Below are positions 37,871 to 52,392 of a stretch of DNA of 64,000 bases, piece after piece. The translations under genes and the position numbers were made by a program. The DNA is from Terriglobia bacterium (GTDB taxonomy: Bacteria; Acidobacteriota; Terriglobia; Versatilivoradales; Versatilivoraceae), in the NCBI GenBank assembly GCA_951813285.1, contig OX638355.1:837136-901135 (forward strand), in the 5' to 3' direction. Within the stretch, counting starts at the first letter, position 1, and every line of letters begins with the position of its first letter. The notes below the pieces were generated by a model. The model ran no database searches. It was given only the letters and a program-made list of their open reading frames with translations, and was not told the origin of the DNA.

Positions 37871-38839
37871 ATGCCCCGGCTGGTTATCATGGCCCCCATG
37901 GAAACTCTGTGTGACGCCCACCTCCATTTCTTCACCCGAGAGGTGCTGGGCTTCTACGCGAGGCAGTCCGCGGAGTACCGGGCACTCGAGGACCCCGCCG
38001 CCCGGGTGGCGGCTCGGTTGGGCATCTCGACACCGCCGCGGGAGCCGAAGGACCTGGCCGCCTTGTGGGTGGAGCAACTGGACCGTCACCAGGTCTCCCG
38101 CGCCCTGCTTTTCGGAAGCGTCCCGGGCGAACAACTGGCCGTGTCCCGGGCGGTTGCGGCCTTCCCCGGCAAGTTCGTCGGCTTCCAGATGCTGAACCCC
38201 CTGGATCCGGAGGCCGGCAGGGCCATCGCCGACATTGCTGCCAGGGGGCTTCGGGGGCTGCTGCTCTTTCCCGCGATGCACCGGTTCTTTCCAGACGACC
38301 CGGCCTGTCTGGAGACCTGCCGCCTGGCCAGCCAGTATGGGCTGATCGTCTTCGTCCACGTCGGCCCGCTGCGAATCGTGATCCAGGAAAAGCTGGGGGG
38401 CGGGGGGGCCATCCAGTCGAGCTACGGTGACACCAGGCGTTTGGGCAACGCCCTGCGAGCCTTTCCGGAGGTCCCCTTTATCGTTCCCCACTTCGGGTGC
38501 GGCCGCTTGGGAGCGGTGCTGGAATCGGCCCGGGAAACCCGCAACCTCTACCTCGACACCTCCAGTTCCAACTCCTGGATGCGGCAGGGGCCGGAGCCTA
38601 CCGATCTGGAGACCGTGTTCGGCAAAGTGCTGGAAGAGAACGCCTTCGGGCCGGAACGCCTGCTCTTCGGGAGCGACTCGACCGTGTTTCCCCGAGGTTG
38701 GAGACATGACGTCTATCTGGCCCAGAGGGCGGCCCTGGATCGCTTGGGGATCTCGTCCCGCGAGAGGCAGCTCATTTTTTCCGGCAACCTGGAACGCCTG
38801 CTGGCGCCCGCCGGCGCCGCTACCCGGCCAACGGCTTGA
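37871..38839 (+). CDS. amidohydrolase-2 family metal-dependent hydrolase
   Basis: CDAHLHFF is the N-terminal HxH metal motif. IVFVHVG and VPHFGCG are TIM-barrel signatures. The start is uncertain; candidates are 37871, 37889 and 37898. Confidence 0.6.
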   Translation: MPRLVIMAPMETLCDAHLHFFTREVLGFYARQSAEYRALEDPAARVAARLGISTPPREPKDLAALWVEQLDRHQVSRALLFGSVPGEQLAVSRAVAAFPGKFVGFQMLNPLDPEAGRAIADIAARGLRGLLLFPAMHRFFPDDPACLETCRLASQYGLIVFVHVGPLRIVIQEKLGGGGAIQSSYGDTRRLGNALRAFPEVPFIVPHFGCGRLGAVLESARETRNLYLDTSSSNSWMRQGPEPTDLETVFGKVLEENAFGPERLLFGSDSTVFPRGWRHDVYLAQRAALDRLGISSRERQLIFSGNLERLLAPAGAATRPTA

Positions 38840-38895
38840 GCCCCGCGGCGGCGGCCGGTCAACCATTTCGGAATCAGCCAAGAAGGGAGAGCATC

Positions 38896-40170
38896 ATGAC
38901 GGACCCAAGAGTGGATCGCCGCGGATTTCTCAGACGACTGGGGATGGGCGCCGCCTTGGCCCCGGCCTGGAACGCCCGAAGCTACCTGGCCATCCCGGGG
39001 GCCAATGAGCGCCTATCGGTTGGGGTCATCGGTTGCGGCAGCATGGGAAACTCCCACATGAGGGCCCTGCTGGGCATGCAGGACAGCGCCAACCTCCGGG
39101 TGGCCGCGGTCTGCGACGTCTACCGCAAGCGCCTGGAATCCGCTGCCGCCCTGACAGGCGGCACTGCCTACAGCGACTACCGCACCCTTCTGGCCCAAAG
39201 GGAACTGGACTACGTCTTGATTGCCACTCCCGAGCACTGGCACCACCGTATGACTCTGGACGCCCTGGATGCCGGCAAGCACATCTACCTGGAGAAGCCC
39301 CTGACCCATACCATCCGGCAGGCCAAGGAGGTGGTGCGACGGGTGCGGCGCTCCAAGCTGAAACTGCAGGTGGGGGTGCAGGGCATGTCGGACGAGTCCT
39401 ATGAGGTTGCCGGCCGCTATATCCGGGAGGGAGCCCTGGGCAAACTGGTCATGGCCCAGATCGACTACTCCCGAAACTACACAGACGACTTCTGGGCCTA
39501 CGACATCGACCCGGACGCCAATCCGCGGACCAACCTGGACTGGAAGGCCTGGTTGGGGCCGGCCCCCAAGCGGCCCTGGGACCCGCGCCGCTTCTTCCAG
39601 TGGAGACGCTACTGGGACTATTCGGGCGGAATCGCAACCGACCTCTTTATCCACCGTGTGACCCGAATCATCAAGGCGGCCGGGTTGACATTCCCCGATC
39701 AAGTGGTTGCCAGCGGCGGGACCTGGCAGTTCACCCAAAGCGTCGCCCAGATCCCCGACACCTTCAACATGCTCTGCGATTATCCCGGCGGCCCCACGGT
39801 AGCCCTGATCTCCTCCATGGCCAACGACTTCAAGGTGGCCCACGTGATTCGCGGCCACAAGGCCACCCTCCGCTTCACCCGGGACGGATTCGTGATCACT
39901 CCTCAATCGGTCAGCCTGGAAGACCGCGTTCAGCCGGGAGAGTTGAGAGCTCAGGAGACCTGGTCCAAGGTCTACCGCAAGACGGGAGGCGAGGACATTC
40001 GGCTGCACCACCAAAATCTGCAGAATGCCATCCGCCTGGGGGAGCCGCTGAAGTGCGACGTCATGCTGGGCTACTACGGCACCGTGGTCACGGCCATGGG
40101 TGTGCAGTCCTTCCGGCGGAGGAAGTACCTGAAGTGGAACCGGAGGAAAGAGCGGGTGGAAACCGCTTGA
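38896..40170 (+). CDS. Gfo/Idh/MocA-family oxidoreductase with twin-arginine signal peptide
   Basis: [24 protein letters not shown] is a Tat motif. [16 protein letters not shown] is the Rossmann motif. The RBS is AAGAAGGGAGAG. Confidence 0.8.
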   Translation: MTDPRVDRRGFLRRLGMGAALAPAWNARSYLAIPGANERLSVGVIGCGSMGNSHMRALLGMQDSANLRVAAVCDVYRKRLESAAALTGGTAYSDYRTLLAQRELDYVLIATPEHWHHRMTLDALDAGKHIYLEKPLTHTIRQAKEVVRRVRRSKLKLQVGVQGMSDESYEVAGRYIREGALGKLVMAQIDYSRNYTDDFWAYDIDPDANPRTNLDWKAWLGPAPKRPWDPRRFFQWRRYWDYSGGIATDLFIHRVTRIIKAAGLTFPDQVVASGGTWQFTQSVAQIPDTFNMLCDYPGGPTVALISSMANDFKVAHVIRGHKATLRFTRDGFVITPQSVSLEDRVQPGELRAQETWSKVYRKTGGEDIRLHHQNLQNAIRLGEPLKCDVMLGYYGTVVTAMGVQSFRRRKYLKWNRRKERVETA

Positions 40171-40203
40171 TTGTCGATCGGATGCGGGCTGCCGGAGGAC
40201 GGG

Positions 40204-42672
40204 TCAGTGAACCACGGCGGATTGACCGTCCAGCAGTTGCTCCGATTGGTGCGTAATCAGACAGGCGGCTGAGACTTGATCTCCCTCCAGGAGATCCATC
40301 AACCTCACCCCCTGGGTGCTTCTGCCCACGGCTCTGATGGCTGCGGCTTTCAGGCGGATCAGTTTTCCCTGGGTGGTGATGAGGATGATTCCCGAACTCT
40401 TGCTCACCTTCATGATGGCTATCACCTTCCCGTTTCGTTCGGTGGTCTTCATGTTGATGACGCCCTGGCCGCCCCGGGACTGCTGCCGGTAGGCGCCGAT
40501 CGGTGTGCGCTTGCCAAAGCCGTTCTCGGTGACCGACAGGATCAACCCTTCATCCCCGCCCACCGTCATGCCCACGAGAAAGTCCCCTCGCACCAACTTG
40601 ATGCCCCTGACGCCGCGTGTTTGCCGACCCATATGCCTGACGTCCGCCTCGCCGAAGCGGATGCACTTGCCCTTGTGGGTTCCCAAGAATATCTGATCGT
40701 CTCCCGCGGTCAGCTCGGCGCCGATCAACTCATCTCCTTCGTCCAGGGAGATCGCATGGATTCCCCGGACCATCGGGCGACTGAACTTATCCAGCCGCGT
40801 CTTTTTGACCGTTCCCCGCCGAGTGGCGAACATCACATAGTTGTCCTGGGAGAACTCCGTGACCGGCAGCATGGCGGCAACCTTCTCACCACGGGAGAAG
40901 TTGACCAGATTGACGATGGCTTTGCCCTTGCCGCTGGTGCCCACATCCGGGATCTCGTAGACCTTGAGCCAGTAGATCTTCCCCTGATTGGTGAAGATCA
41001 GCAGATAGCTGTGGGTTGAAGCCACAAAAAGGGTCTCGACGAAATCCTGCTCCCGGGTCCGCATTCCGATACGGCCCTTGCCGCCGCGGTGCTGCATGCG
41101 ATAAATGCTGATCGGGGTTCGTTTCAGATACCCCGAATGGGTCACGGTGACCACCACGTCCTCGACGGCGATCAAGTCCTCCAGCGTGATCTCGGCGGCC
41201 TCGTCCACAATGGCCGTGCGACGCTCGTCTCCATACTGCTTGCGGACCTCCTTGAGTTCCTGCACCAGAAGCCTCTTCAGGGCGGGGTCGCTGGAAAGGA
41301 TCTCCCGGAGCTCTGCGATGCGTCTGGATAGTTGGGCGTACTCCTGATCCAGCTTTTCCCGCTCCAGGCTGGTGAGGGCCCGCAGCTGCATGTCCAGAAT
41401 GTGGCGAGCCTGGACGGCGGACAGCGCGAATTCCGCCATCAGGCGATCCCGAGCCTCCTGGGGAGACCTGGACCGGCGAATGATCCGGATCACCCGGTCG
41501 ATATGGTCCAGCGCCTTGAAGAGACCCTCCAGGATGTGGGCTCTTTCTTCGGCCTTTTTCAACTGGTAGCGGCTGCGTCGCCGAATCACCTCGCTGCGGT
41601 GATTCACGAAGCTCCGCAGGGCATCCACCAGGTTCAGGACTCGTGGTTGCCCGTCGGCGATCGCCAGCAAGATCACGCCGAAGCTGCTTTGCATGGGCGT
41701 GAGCTTGTAGAGATTGTTCAAGATGACTTCCGGCTGTTCGCCGCGTCGCAGCTCCACCACGATGCGCATGCCATCACGGTCCGACTCGTCGCGCAGGTCG
41801 GCGATGCCGTCGATTCGCTTGGTCTGGACCAGGTCCGCAATCTTTTCGATCAGCTTGGCCTTATTGACCTGAAACGGGATTTCCGTGATCACGATCATGT
41901 GACGATCGCCACGGGCCTGCATCTCGATGGCGGCCTTGGCTCGAATGACGATCGAGCCCCGACCCGTTGTGTAGGCCCTGGCAATTCCTTCCCTGCCGTA
42001 GATCACCCCCCCGGTGGGGAAGTCCGGGCCCGGCACGATCTTCGCCAGTTCCTCCAGCGTGGCGTCGGGTTTCTCCACCAGGCGGATCACCGCATTGACC
42101 ACTTCGGTCAGGTTGTGGGGGGGGATATTGGTGGCCATCCCCACCGCGATGCCGGCCGAACCATTCACCAGCAGGTTGGGAATCCGGGTAGGCAGGCAGG
42201 TGGGCTCGAGCTGGCTCTCATCGTAGTTGGGAACAAAATCCACCGTGTCCATTTCGATGTCAGCCAGTATCTCGCGGGCAATGCCGGCCATGCGGGCTTC
42301 GGTGTAACGCATGGCCGCGGGAGGGTCTCCGTCCACCGATCCGAAATTCCCCTGGCCGTCCACCAGCGGGTAGCGCATGGCAAAGTCCTGAGCCATGCGC
42401 ACCTGGGCGTCGTAGATGGCGCTGTCGCCATGAGGGTGAAAGTTGCCCATGACCTCGCCGACGATCTTGGCGCACTTGCGATAGGGTTTGTTGGGCGTCA
42501 GCCCCATCTCCCGCATGCCGTGCAGGATCCTGCGATGGACCGGCTTGAGTCCATCCCGAACGTCGGGTAGAGCGCGGCCGATGATCACGCTCATGGAGTA
42601 ATCCAGGTAGGAGCGCCGCATCTCCTCTTCGATGTTGACCGGCGCTTGATTGAGAGGTGTTGAGCTTTCCAT
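40204..42672 (-). CDS. gyrA: DNA gyrase subunit A
   Basis: The catalytic Tyr sits in the AMRYTEARM context. The full GyrA length of 822 aa includes the C-terminal beta-pinwheel repeats. Confidence 0.97.
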   Translation of the reverse strand: MESSTPLNQAPVNIEEEMRRSYLDYSMSVIIGRALPDVRDGLKPVHRRILHGMREMGLTPNKPYRKCAKIVGEVMGNFHPHGDSAIYDAQVRMAQDFAMRYPLVDGQGNFGSVDGDPPAAMRYTEARMAGIAREILADIEMDTVDFVPNYDESQLEPTCLPTRIPNLLVNGSAGIAVGMATNIPPHNLTEVVNAVIRLVEKPDATLEELAKIVPGPDFPTGGVIYGREGIARAYTTGRGSIVIRAKAAIEMQARGDRHMIVITEIPFQVNKAKLIEKIADLVQTKRIDGIADLRDESDRDGMRIVVELRRGEQPEVILNNLYKLTPMQSSFGVILLAIADGQPRVLNLVDALRSFVNHRSEVIRRRSRYQLKKAEERAHILEGLFKALDHIDRVIRIIRRSRSPQEARDRLMAEFALSAVQARHILDMQLRALTSLEREKLDQEYAQLSRRIAELREILSSDPALKRLLVQELKEVRKQYGDERRTAIVDEAAEITLEDLIAVEDVVVTVTHSGYLKRTPISIYRMQHRGGKGRIGMRTREQDFVETLFVASTHSYLLIFTNQGKIYWLKVYEIPDVGTSGKGKAIVNLVNFSRGEKVAAMLPVTEFSQDNYVMFATRRGTVKKTRLDKFSRPMVRGIHAISLDEGDELIGAELTAGDDQIFLGTHKGKCIRFGEADVRHMGRQTRGVRGIKLVRGDFLVGMTVGGDEGLILSVTENGFGKRTPIGAYRQQSRGGQGVINMKTTERNGKVIAIMKVSKSSGIILITTQGKLIRLKAAAIRAVGRSTQGVRLMDLLEGDQVSAACLITHQSEQLLDGQSAVVH

Positions 42673-42682
42673 GGAATTCAGG

Positions 42683-46323
<3,641 letters not shown>

Positions 46324-46355
46324 TCCGTTCCGGAGGACGATCCACCCCAATCTCT

Positions 46356-47468
46356 TCAGACCCTCATGGGCATGACCACATAGCGATAGCGATAGTCCTC
46401 CGCGGTAGCGGGACGAAGTTGTCCTGCGCTCTCATCGTCCTTGAAATCCAGGCTCACGGAGGGATCCTCGGTAGCTGCGAGAAAATCCAGAAGGTACTGG
46501 CTGTTGAATCCGATGTCGATCTTCCCGGCGGAATAGTCGACATCCAGTTCATCCTTGGCCTCGCCGAGATCGGAATTGCTCGATCGAATTTTCAGCTTGT
46601 TGTTGTCCAACAGAAACTGAACCGTGTGAGATTTGTTGTCCGCCAAAAGCGACACCCTCCTGACAGCCGTGGCAAGTTCCTCACGGTCCAACACGACGCT
46701 CCGATGGTTTTCCTTGGGAAGCACCGCCTCATAGTTGGGAAATTGTCCCGTCACCATTCGCGACACCAGCAAACGCTTGCCCAATTGAAAGAACAGGTGA
46801 GTCTCGTCCTGGCCGAAGCTCACCGTATCCTCTTCGCCCGCTTCCGCCAACAGCCGTTGCAACTCCGCCAAGGCCTTCTTGGGAATCAAGGCGCTGATTT
46901 CGCTGGATAGGTGGTCAAAGTTGGCCGGCTTCTCCGCATGTGCCAAGCGGTGTCCGTCCGTCGCAACCATGGTCAGGCTCAAGGGCTTGACCAAAAGGAG
47001 CGCTCCGTTGAGCGCGAAGCGAACTTCCTCTTCAGCCACCGAAAAAATGGTCTTGTTGATCAGGCCAAGCAAATCTTTGGCGGGAATCTCCACCAAAGGC
47101 GTCCCAAATACCGGCAGGGTGGGAAAATTGTCGGTGGGCAACCCTACCAGCTTGAATGAGGCCGACGCACACTCGATTCTCAGCCAGTTGTTTTCCAGCT
47201 TCGTGACCCGGACCTCCTCATCGGGAAGGGACCGAAGAATATCCAGGAAGTTTTTGGCAGGCGTGGTAACGGCACCTGGTTTCTCGACCTTTGCCACGCA
47301 AGAACTCTTGATTCCCAGATCCAGATTGGTGGCTGCAAGGTGTAATTCGTCCGAACCGACATCGAGCAATAGATTGGCCAGGATAGGGATGGTGGTTTTC
47401 TTCTCAACGGCTCCCTGAGTCAACCCGACCTCTTGCAAAATGTCCAATTTTCTAACTGTGAATTCCAT
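46356..47468 (-). CDS. dnaN: DNA polymerase III beta sliding clamp
   Basis: The N-terminus MEFTVRKLDILQEV and the three-domain 370-aa clamp are present. Gene order is dnaA-dnaN-recF. Confidence 0.93.
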   Translation of the reverse strand: MEFTVRKLDILQEVGLTQGAVEKKTTIPILANLLLDVGSDELHLAATNLDLGIKSSCVAKVEKPGAVTTPAKNFLDILRSLPDEEVRVTKLENNWLRIECASASFKLVGLPTDNFPTLPVFGTPLVEIPAKDLLGLINKTIFSVAEEEVRFALNGALLLVKPLSLTMVATDGHRLAHAEKPANFDHLSSEISALIPKKALAELQRLLAEAGEEDTVSFGQDETHLFFQLGKRLLVSRMVTGQFPNYEAVLPKENHRSVVLDREELATAVRRVSLLADNKSHTVQFLLDNNKLKIRSSNSDLGEAKDELDVDYSAGKIDIGFNSQYLLDFLAATEDPSVSLDFKDDESAGQLRPATAEDYRYRYVVMPMRV

Positions 47469-47680
47469 AGGATTAGATTTTTAGTAAATACCAATAGTCG
47501 TCATGGTAGCGTTGTTGAAAGCGAGGAAAAATCCCGGATCCCATTCTTTTTCAACGACAAAGCCTGTGAATGATCCTAAGGATAACTCCGTGGAAAACGA
47601 GGTGAGAATCGTGCCTTGTAAGAAATCCACACTATTTCCACAGGCAGGTTGCAGGTTCCCCTTGAGGAAAATGAGGCGAC
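47469..47680. other. oriC: candidate oriC (dnaA-dnaN spacer with DnaA-box-like 9-mers and an AT-rich element)
   Basis: Five 7/9 matches to TTATCCACA are seen at 47565-47573, 47577-47585, 47589-47597, 47623-47631 (AAATCCACA) and 47634-47642 (ATTTCCACA). The AT-rich stretch GGATTAGATTTTTAGTAAATACCAATAG is adjacent to the dnaN start. Confidence 0.5.
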
Positions 47681-49000
47681 TCATTCCAGAGACTCCAGAA
47701 ACATGTTGATCAGGCTGTTGAAATCTTTGTCGGACGATCGTTGAGCTTCCACCTTCCTGATGGAGTGCATGACGGTGGTGTGGTGCTTGCCACCGAAGGC
47801 GCGGCCGACCTCGGGAAGGGAGGCGGAGGTCAAGTTCCTGCAAAGGTACATGGCGATTTGCCGGGGTTGGGTGATCGCTGCCGAGTTGCTCCTGGTCTTC
47901 AGGGCTGACACCTTGACACTGAAATAGTCGGCGACGACCTTTTGAATGTGCTCGATGGAGACGGTTTTCTCTCGGGGCTTAAGGGTGTTCTTCAGGACCC
48001 GCTGAGCCATTCCAAGGGAGATGGGCTCTCCAGTCAGGGAACTGAACGCTATCAACCGATTAAGGGATCCCTCCAACTCTCTGATATTCGACTCTATCTT
48101 GCTGGCAATGAAAAATGCCACATTGTCGGGGATCTCGAAATTCTCGAACTCCGCCTTCTTTTTCAGGATGGCGACCTTGGTCTCAAGATCGGGCATTTGA
48201 ATGTCGGCAATCAAGCCCCACTCGAGGCGCGACGTCAGGCGGTCCTGAATGTCCGGGATCTCTTTTGGAAGCAGGTCGCTGGAGAGGACAATCTGCTTCT
48301 GGGCATCATAAAGGGTATTGAAGGTGTGGAAGAACTCCTGCTGTGTCGCCTGCTTGCCGGAGATGAAATGAATGTCGTCCACAAGAAGCACGTCGACGTT
48401 CCTGTATTTTTCCCGCAGGGCCAAGGTCTTGTCGTAGCGAATGGCGTTGACGACCTCGTTGGTAAATTTTTCCGAGGACACGTAGCTCAGGCGGGACACT
48501 TTGGAGATCGAACGCACTTTGTGCCCAACGGCCTGCATGAGGTGCGTCTTTCCCAGCCCAGCGCCCCCGTAGATGAAGAGAGGGTTATAGATGCGACTCG
48601 GAGCCTCGGCGACGGCCAGGGCGGCGGCGTGGGCGAATTGGTTACAGGAGGCAACCACGAATCGATCGAAGGTGTACTTGGGATTCAGCAGGTTCTCATC
48701 GGCGGTGAAATCCAGTTCTCTTTGAAAGGGGCCGGTTTTCGGAGGGGGCGCCGCCTGGTCAGCCGGCTTGGCGTGGAAGCGAATCTTGAGGTCTTGGAAG
48801 TGTGATTCGCGGGCTGCGTCCTCAAGAACGTCGGAGAAGTGCTCCACGATCCAGCTTTGAAACATCAGGTTGGGAACGGTCACGTGGAGGGTGTTGTCAG
48901 CCTGCAAGCTCTGGAACTGGGTGGGCTTGAACCAGGTTGTGTAGGTCTGTTTGTTGAGTTTGTTCTCGACGCACTTCAAGATCTGTTGCCAAGCATTCAT
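47681..49000 (-). CDS. dnaA: chromosomal replication initiator DnaA
   Basis: The AAA+ Walker A motif GGAGLGKTHLMQAVG and the C-terminal DNA-binding domain (HTTVMHSIRKVE) are present. Confidence 0.95.
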   Translation of the reverse strand: MNAWQQILKCVENKLNKQTYTTWFKPTQFQSLQADNTLHVTVPNLMFQSWIVEHFSDVLEDAARESHFQDLKIRFHAKPADQAAPPPKTGPFQRELDFTADENLLNPKYTFDRFVVASCNQFAHAAALAVAEAPSRIYNPLFIYGGAGLGKTHLMQAVGHKVRSISKVSRLSYVSSEKFTNEVVNAIRYDKTLALREKYRNVDVLLVDDIHFISGKQATQQEFFHTFNTLYDAQKQIVLSSDLLPKEIPDIQDRLTSRLEWGLIADIQMPDLETKVAILKKKAEFENFEIPDNVAFFIASKIESNIRELEGSLNRLIAFSSLTGEPISLGMAQRVLKNTLKPREKTVSIEHIQKVVADYFSVKVSALKTRSNSAAITQPRQIAMYLCRNLTSASLPEVGRAFGGKHHTTVMHSIRKVEAQRSSDKDFNSLINMFLESLE

Positions 49001-49282
49001 AGGGAGAGGGCTTGCCGATCCTTACCAGACCGTCAGGGAGAGAAAGCCTTTGTATGAAGCAATAAAAAAACAACAAAATAGAGAAATTAAGAGAAAAAAA
49101 GAGGATGTTGAAAACACCCAGAACATACCACAGCAGGGGGCAGATATTCAACCCCCAAGGATGCCGGGAGGGTGCATGGGGCGCCTTCCAGTCGCCGTCC
49201 GGTCGGATTGACAGTCCCAAAAGGCTTGTGCTATAAATTTGGGTTTGGACAGGAGCACAGGAGAAGATCCTTCGGGGTGCCT
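49001..49282. other. dnaA upstream / rpmH divergent spacer with AT-rich block (possible second oriC part or DUE)
   Basis: The approximately 49055-49120 segment (AAGCAATAAAAAAACAACAAAATAGAGAAATTAAGAGAAAAAAAGAGGATG) is strongly AT-rich in an otherwise GC-rich genome. Confidence 0.4.
49208..49238 (+). promoter_or_regulatory. sigma70-like promoter of rpmH operon
   Basis: TTGACA is followed after a 17-18 nt spacer by TATAAA, about 45 bp upstream of the rpmH ATG. Confidence 0.5.
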
Positions 49283-49417
49283 ATGCGGCCGACCTTTCGT
49301 CCCAACAATCGCAAGCGTGCCAAGACCCACGGGTTCCGAGCTCGAATGAGGACCCGGTCCGGGCGGCTCATTCTAAAGCGCCGCCGCGCCAAGGGCCGCA
49401 AGCGGTTGACTCCCTGA
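49283..49417 (+). CDS. rpmH: 50S ribosomal protein L34
   Basis: The 44-aa translation [44 protein letters not shown] is L34. Confidence 0.9.
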   Translation: MRPTFRPNNRKRAKTHGFRARMRTRSGRLILKRRRAKGRKRLTP

Positions 49418-49429
49418 TCGGGCGGCGCT

Positions 49430-49903
49430 TTGGACTGCGGTTTTGGAAAATCGAGTCGCTTGTTGACGGCTGAGCAGTACCGGCGGGTCTATTCCGGCGG
49501 CAAGGTGCTTCGCGGCCGTCAGCTTCAACTATTCTATTTGAGGAACAGCCTTCGGCATCCCCGCTTTGGCGTCTCCGTGGGCCGCAAGTTGGGCAAAGCA
49601 GTCAGGAGGAACCTGCTACGGCGTCGTATCAAAGAGGCGATACGGCTGAACAAGGCCCGCTTGGCGGAATATGGTGTGGATGTGGTGGTGCATCCCAAGC
49701 TGTCGGCAACATCGTTAGGATCTCAGTCGACCATTTCTGAACTGAATCGCCTTCTGGGACATTTGACGAGGACCCTTGGAACTCCTCAAGAGAGGCGTAC
49801 TCGGCATCATTCGCTTTTACAAGCAGTTTGCTTCGCCGCTTCTACCTCCAGCTTGCCGGTTCTGGCCATCCTGCTCGGATTATTCCTATCAAGCCATCAG
49901 TAA
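49430..49903 (+). CDS. rnpA: ribonuclease P protein component
   Basis: FGVSVGRKLGKAVRRNLLRRRIKEAIR is the RnpA RNR motif. The predicted start is TTG. The C-terminus is uncertain because the frame runs 128 nt into yidD. Confidence 0.75.
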   Translation: MDCGFGKSSRLLTAEQYRRVYSGGKVLRGRQLQLFYLRNSLRHPRFGVSVGRKLGKAVRRNLLRRRIKEAIRLNKARLAEYGVDVVVHPKLSATSLGSQSTISELNRLLGHLTRTLGTPQERRTRHHSLLQAVCFAASTSSLPVLAILLGLFLSSHQ

Positions 49904-49994
49904 ATATGGTCTCCTGAGAGGGACACTGCTCGCGGTGAGGCGAATTGCGCGCTGCCATCCGCTTCACCGAGGCGGCTACGACCCGCTTGAGTAG
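49776..49994 (+). CDS. yidD: membrane protein insertion efficiency factor YidD
   Basis: The translation LGIIRFYKQFASPLLPPACRFWPSCSDYSYQAISKYGLLRGTLLAVRRIARCHPLHRGGYDPL matches YidD. Confidence 0.8.
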   Translation: MELLKRGVLGIIRFYKQFASPLLPPACRFWPSCSDYSYQAISKYGLLRGTLLAVRRIARCHPLHRGGYDPLE

Positions 49995-50005
49995 TCGGAT
50001 CGCCG

Positions 50006-51772
50006 ATGAACAGAGACTTTTTCCTAGCCATTGCTCTTTCCTTCCTCGTTCTGCTGGCGTCCCGCTACTTGCTAGAGCCCTACTTCCAACCCGAACCTTC
50101 CGCGCCAACCGCAGACATTGATCGGCCGGGTCCTGAGGTGGACCGGCCGGACCCCGAGTCGCCGCCGGCACCGGCAGCGGCCGTTCCGCCTATTCCCCGG
50201 GATAGGCCGGAACCGGTTCTGGCCGGCACCCGCAAAGCCCTCAGGGAACAGGCCTACACGGTGGAGACCGACTTGTACAAACTGTCGTTTTCCAACCGGG
50301 GAGCCGTAGTGAAGGAATGGGTGCTGAAGCGTTACCTGGACGCCAATGGCGAACCGCTGAATCTCATCGACGCGGACTCGTCGCCACAGGCCGTATTCCC
50401 CATGGCCTTGATCGTCGATAGTGCGCCGGACGTCTCGGCTCTCCTCCGGTCGGTGCTCTTTCGCAGCGAGTCGCCGGCGAAAGTCGATCTGACCCACGGT
50501 GGAGCCGGCTCGGGAAGCCTTCGATTCGAGTATGCGGAGGGTGGAATCCAGGTGGTGAAGACCATAACCTTCCGCTCGGGCTCTTACGAAGTCGAGGTGG
50601 ATTGCGACGTTTCCGTCAACGGCCGACCGGTGGGTTACTTTCTCCTCTGGCAGGGTGAATTCGGGGATGCCACCCTGGAAAACACCTGGGCCAAGCGCCA
50701 GGTGTTCTATCGAGGCCAGGAAGGAATCGAACGGATGGAGGCCGGGGACCTCGAGAGCAAGCAGGAGATGGAAGGTCGATTCCGGTTTCTGGGCGTGGAG
50801 GATCACTACTTTGCAGCCGTGTTCCTGCCGGTGGACCCGAGCGGGATCGGCCGTATCCAGTTGGCCCGGGACACCGGAACATCGGAGGAGCCTTTGCTGA
50901 GGGCCGGGGTTTACGGTTCGGCTTCAGAAGGCCGCTTCAGACTGTTCGTGGGTCCCAAAGACACCGAGCTGTTACCCCAAGAGTTGCGGGATCTTATTGA
51001 TTATGGGTGGTTTGCCTTCCTGTGCAAGCCCTTGTTCGTGGGGCTGAAGTGGATTTACGGCGTGGTGGGCAACTACGGAGTTGCCATTATTCTGCTGACG
51101 GTGGTCATCAATGCCGCGCTGTTTCCATTGCGCTACAAGTCAGTCACCGCGTCCCAGAAGATGCAGAAGGTCCAACCCAGGATCAAGGCCATCCAGGAAA
51201 AATACAAGAAGCTCAAGGCAACCGATCCTAAGCGCCAGCAGATGAACGCCGAGGTCATGGCTCTGTACAAGGAGCACGGGGTGAATCCCTTGGGAGGGTG
51301 CCTGCCCCTTTTGCTGCAAATGCCCTTCCTGTTTGCCTTTTACAGCCTGTTGAACGTGGCCATCGAATTGCGGCAGGCTCCCTTTTTCGTCTGGCTCGAG
51401 GACTTGTCGGCTCCAGATCCGACCTACGTGCTGCCGGTGCTCATGGTGGGCTCCATGATGTTGACTCAAAAGTTGACGCCGATGCCGTCGGCGGACCCGT
51501 TGCAGGCCAAGATGATGCTCTTCATGCCGCTGATCTTCGGCTTCATGATGGCCACACAGTCCAGCGGCCTGGTGCTCTACTGGTTTACCAGCAATCTCGT
51601 CAACATTTTTCAGCAGTTGGCCATGAATCGCTTCGGTCCGGGGGCGGTGGCGAAGCAGGCCGGAGGGTCCGGTGGGGAAGGCAAGAACGCAGCCAAGGTG
51701 GATCAGACGAAGCCCGAGCCCCAAGCGGTTCCCCGCAGGTCCAAGCGAAGAAAAGCGCGGTCGGCGCGTTGA
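50006..51772 (+). CDS. yidC: membrane protein insertase YidC
   Basis: An N-terminal TM helix, a large periplasmic domain and the 60-kDa inner-membrane core (LLLQMPFLFAFYSLL) are present. Confidence 0.93.
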   Translation: MNRDFFLAIALSFLVLLASRYLLEPYFQPEPSAPTADIDRPGPEVDRPDPESPPAPAAAVPPIPRDRPEPVLAGTRKALREQAYTVETDLYKLSFSNRGAVVKEWVLKRYLDANGEPLNLIDADSSPQAVFPMALIVDSAPDVSALLRSVLFRSESPAKVDLTHGGAGSGSLRFEYAEGGIQVVKTITFRSGSYEVEVDCDVSVNGRPVGYFLLWQGEFGDATLENTWAKRQVFYRGQEGIERMEAGDLESKQEMEGRFRFLGVEDHYFAAVFLPVDPSGIGRIQLARDTGTSEEPLLRAGVYGSASEGRFRLFVGPKDTELLPQELRDLIDYGWFAFLCKPLFVGLKWIYGVVGNYGVAIILLTVVINAALFPLRYKSVTASQKMQKVQPRIKAIQEKYKKLKATDPKRQQMNAEVMALYKEHGVNPLGGCLPLLLQMPFLFAFYSLLNVAIELRQAPFFVWLEDLSAPDPTYVLPVLMVGSMMLTQKLTPMPSADPLQAKMMLFMPLIFGFMMATQSSGLVLYWFTSNLVNIFQQLAMNRFGPGAVAKQAGGSGGEGKNAAKVDQTKPEPQAVPRRSKRRKARSAR

Positions 51773-51781
51773 AGGGCACCA

Positions 51782-52206
51782 TGACTCTGCAAGAATTTCT
51801 GAATCTTTTTGTTCGATCCGCGGGCCTGAAGTTGTCCTTCGAGGTGGTGGAACGGGACGCTCAGGTCGAGGTGAACTTCACTGGAGAAGATCGGGGGATT
51901 CTGCTGGCTCGTTCGGCAGCCGTCCTTCAGGCCCTGGAGTCCTTGTGCAACCGCATGTTTGAACGAAGCGGCTTGCGAGTTGTTCTGGATTCCGAGGGAT
52001 ATCGTTCGGTGCGGACCGAGGAACTGCAGCTCATGGCGGTTACCGCCGCTGAACAGGTGAAGCGGCAAGGCCAACCCTTTCCCTTGAGCCCCATGTCTCC
52101 AGAGGAACGGCGCATCGTTCACCTGGCCGTGGCCGGAGACGAAGCCATCCGAACCGAAAGCGAGGGATACGGCGAAGACAGAAAGGTCGTAATCCACCCC
52201 AGATAG
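51782..52206 (+). CDS. jag: Jag/KhpB-like RNA-binding protein (KH + R3H domains)
   Basis: The R3H motif PMSPEERRIVHLAV is present. The gene lies immediately downstream of yidC, as in the conserved yidC-jag arrangement. Confidence 0.8.
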
Positions 52207-52251
52207 TCGGCAGAAGCGCACCCCCCGCGCCGCCTGGGCCGTGGCATCCTC

Positions 52252-52280
52252 TAGCCCGCATTTCTCACCAGGGCGCCGGA
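52252..52280 (+). repeat. conserved ~27-nt intergenic motif, copy A
   Basis: The sequence TAGCCCGCATTTCTCACCAGGGCGCCGGA lies between jag and mnmE. The core GCATTTCTCACCAG forms a stem with a downstream GTGAGAAGTGC. Confidence 0.5.
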
Positions 52281-52392
52281 TGCAAGTGAGAAGTGCCATT
52301 AAATCAACACTTGGCCGGCACTGTCGCCCTAAGCTCCCAGTTCTCTCCAAGGGCAAGACGCCTCGATTCTCAGAATCTGTCAAGCAGCAATC

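Noticed and set aside
49001-49282. A canonical TTATCCACA DnaA-box cluster upstream of dnaA.
   Set aside because: Only weak 6/9 matches are seen here. The better box-like 9-mers are in the dnaA-dnaN spacer. The upstream region is therefore reported only as an AT-rich candidate DUE or promoter region.
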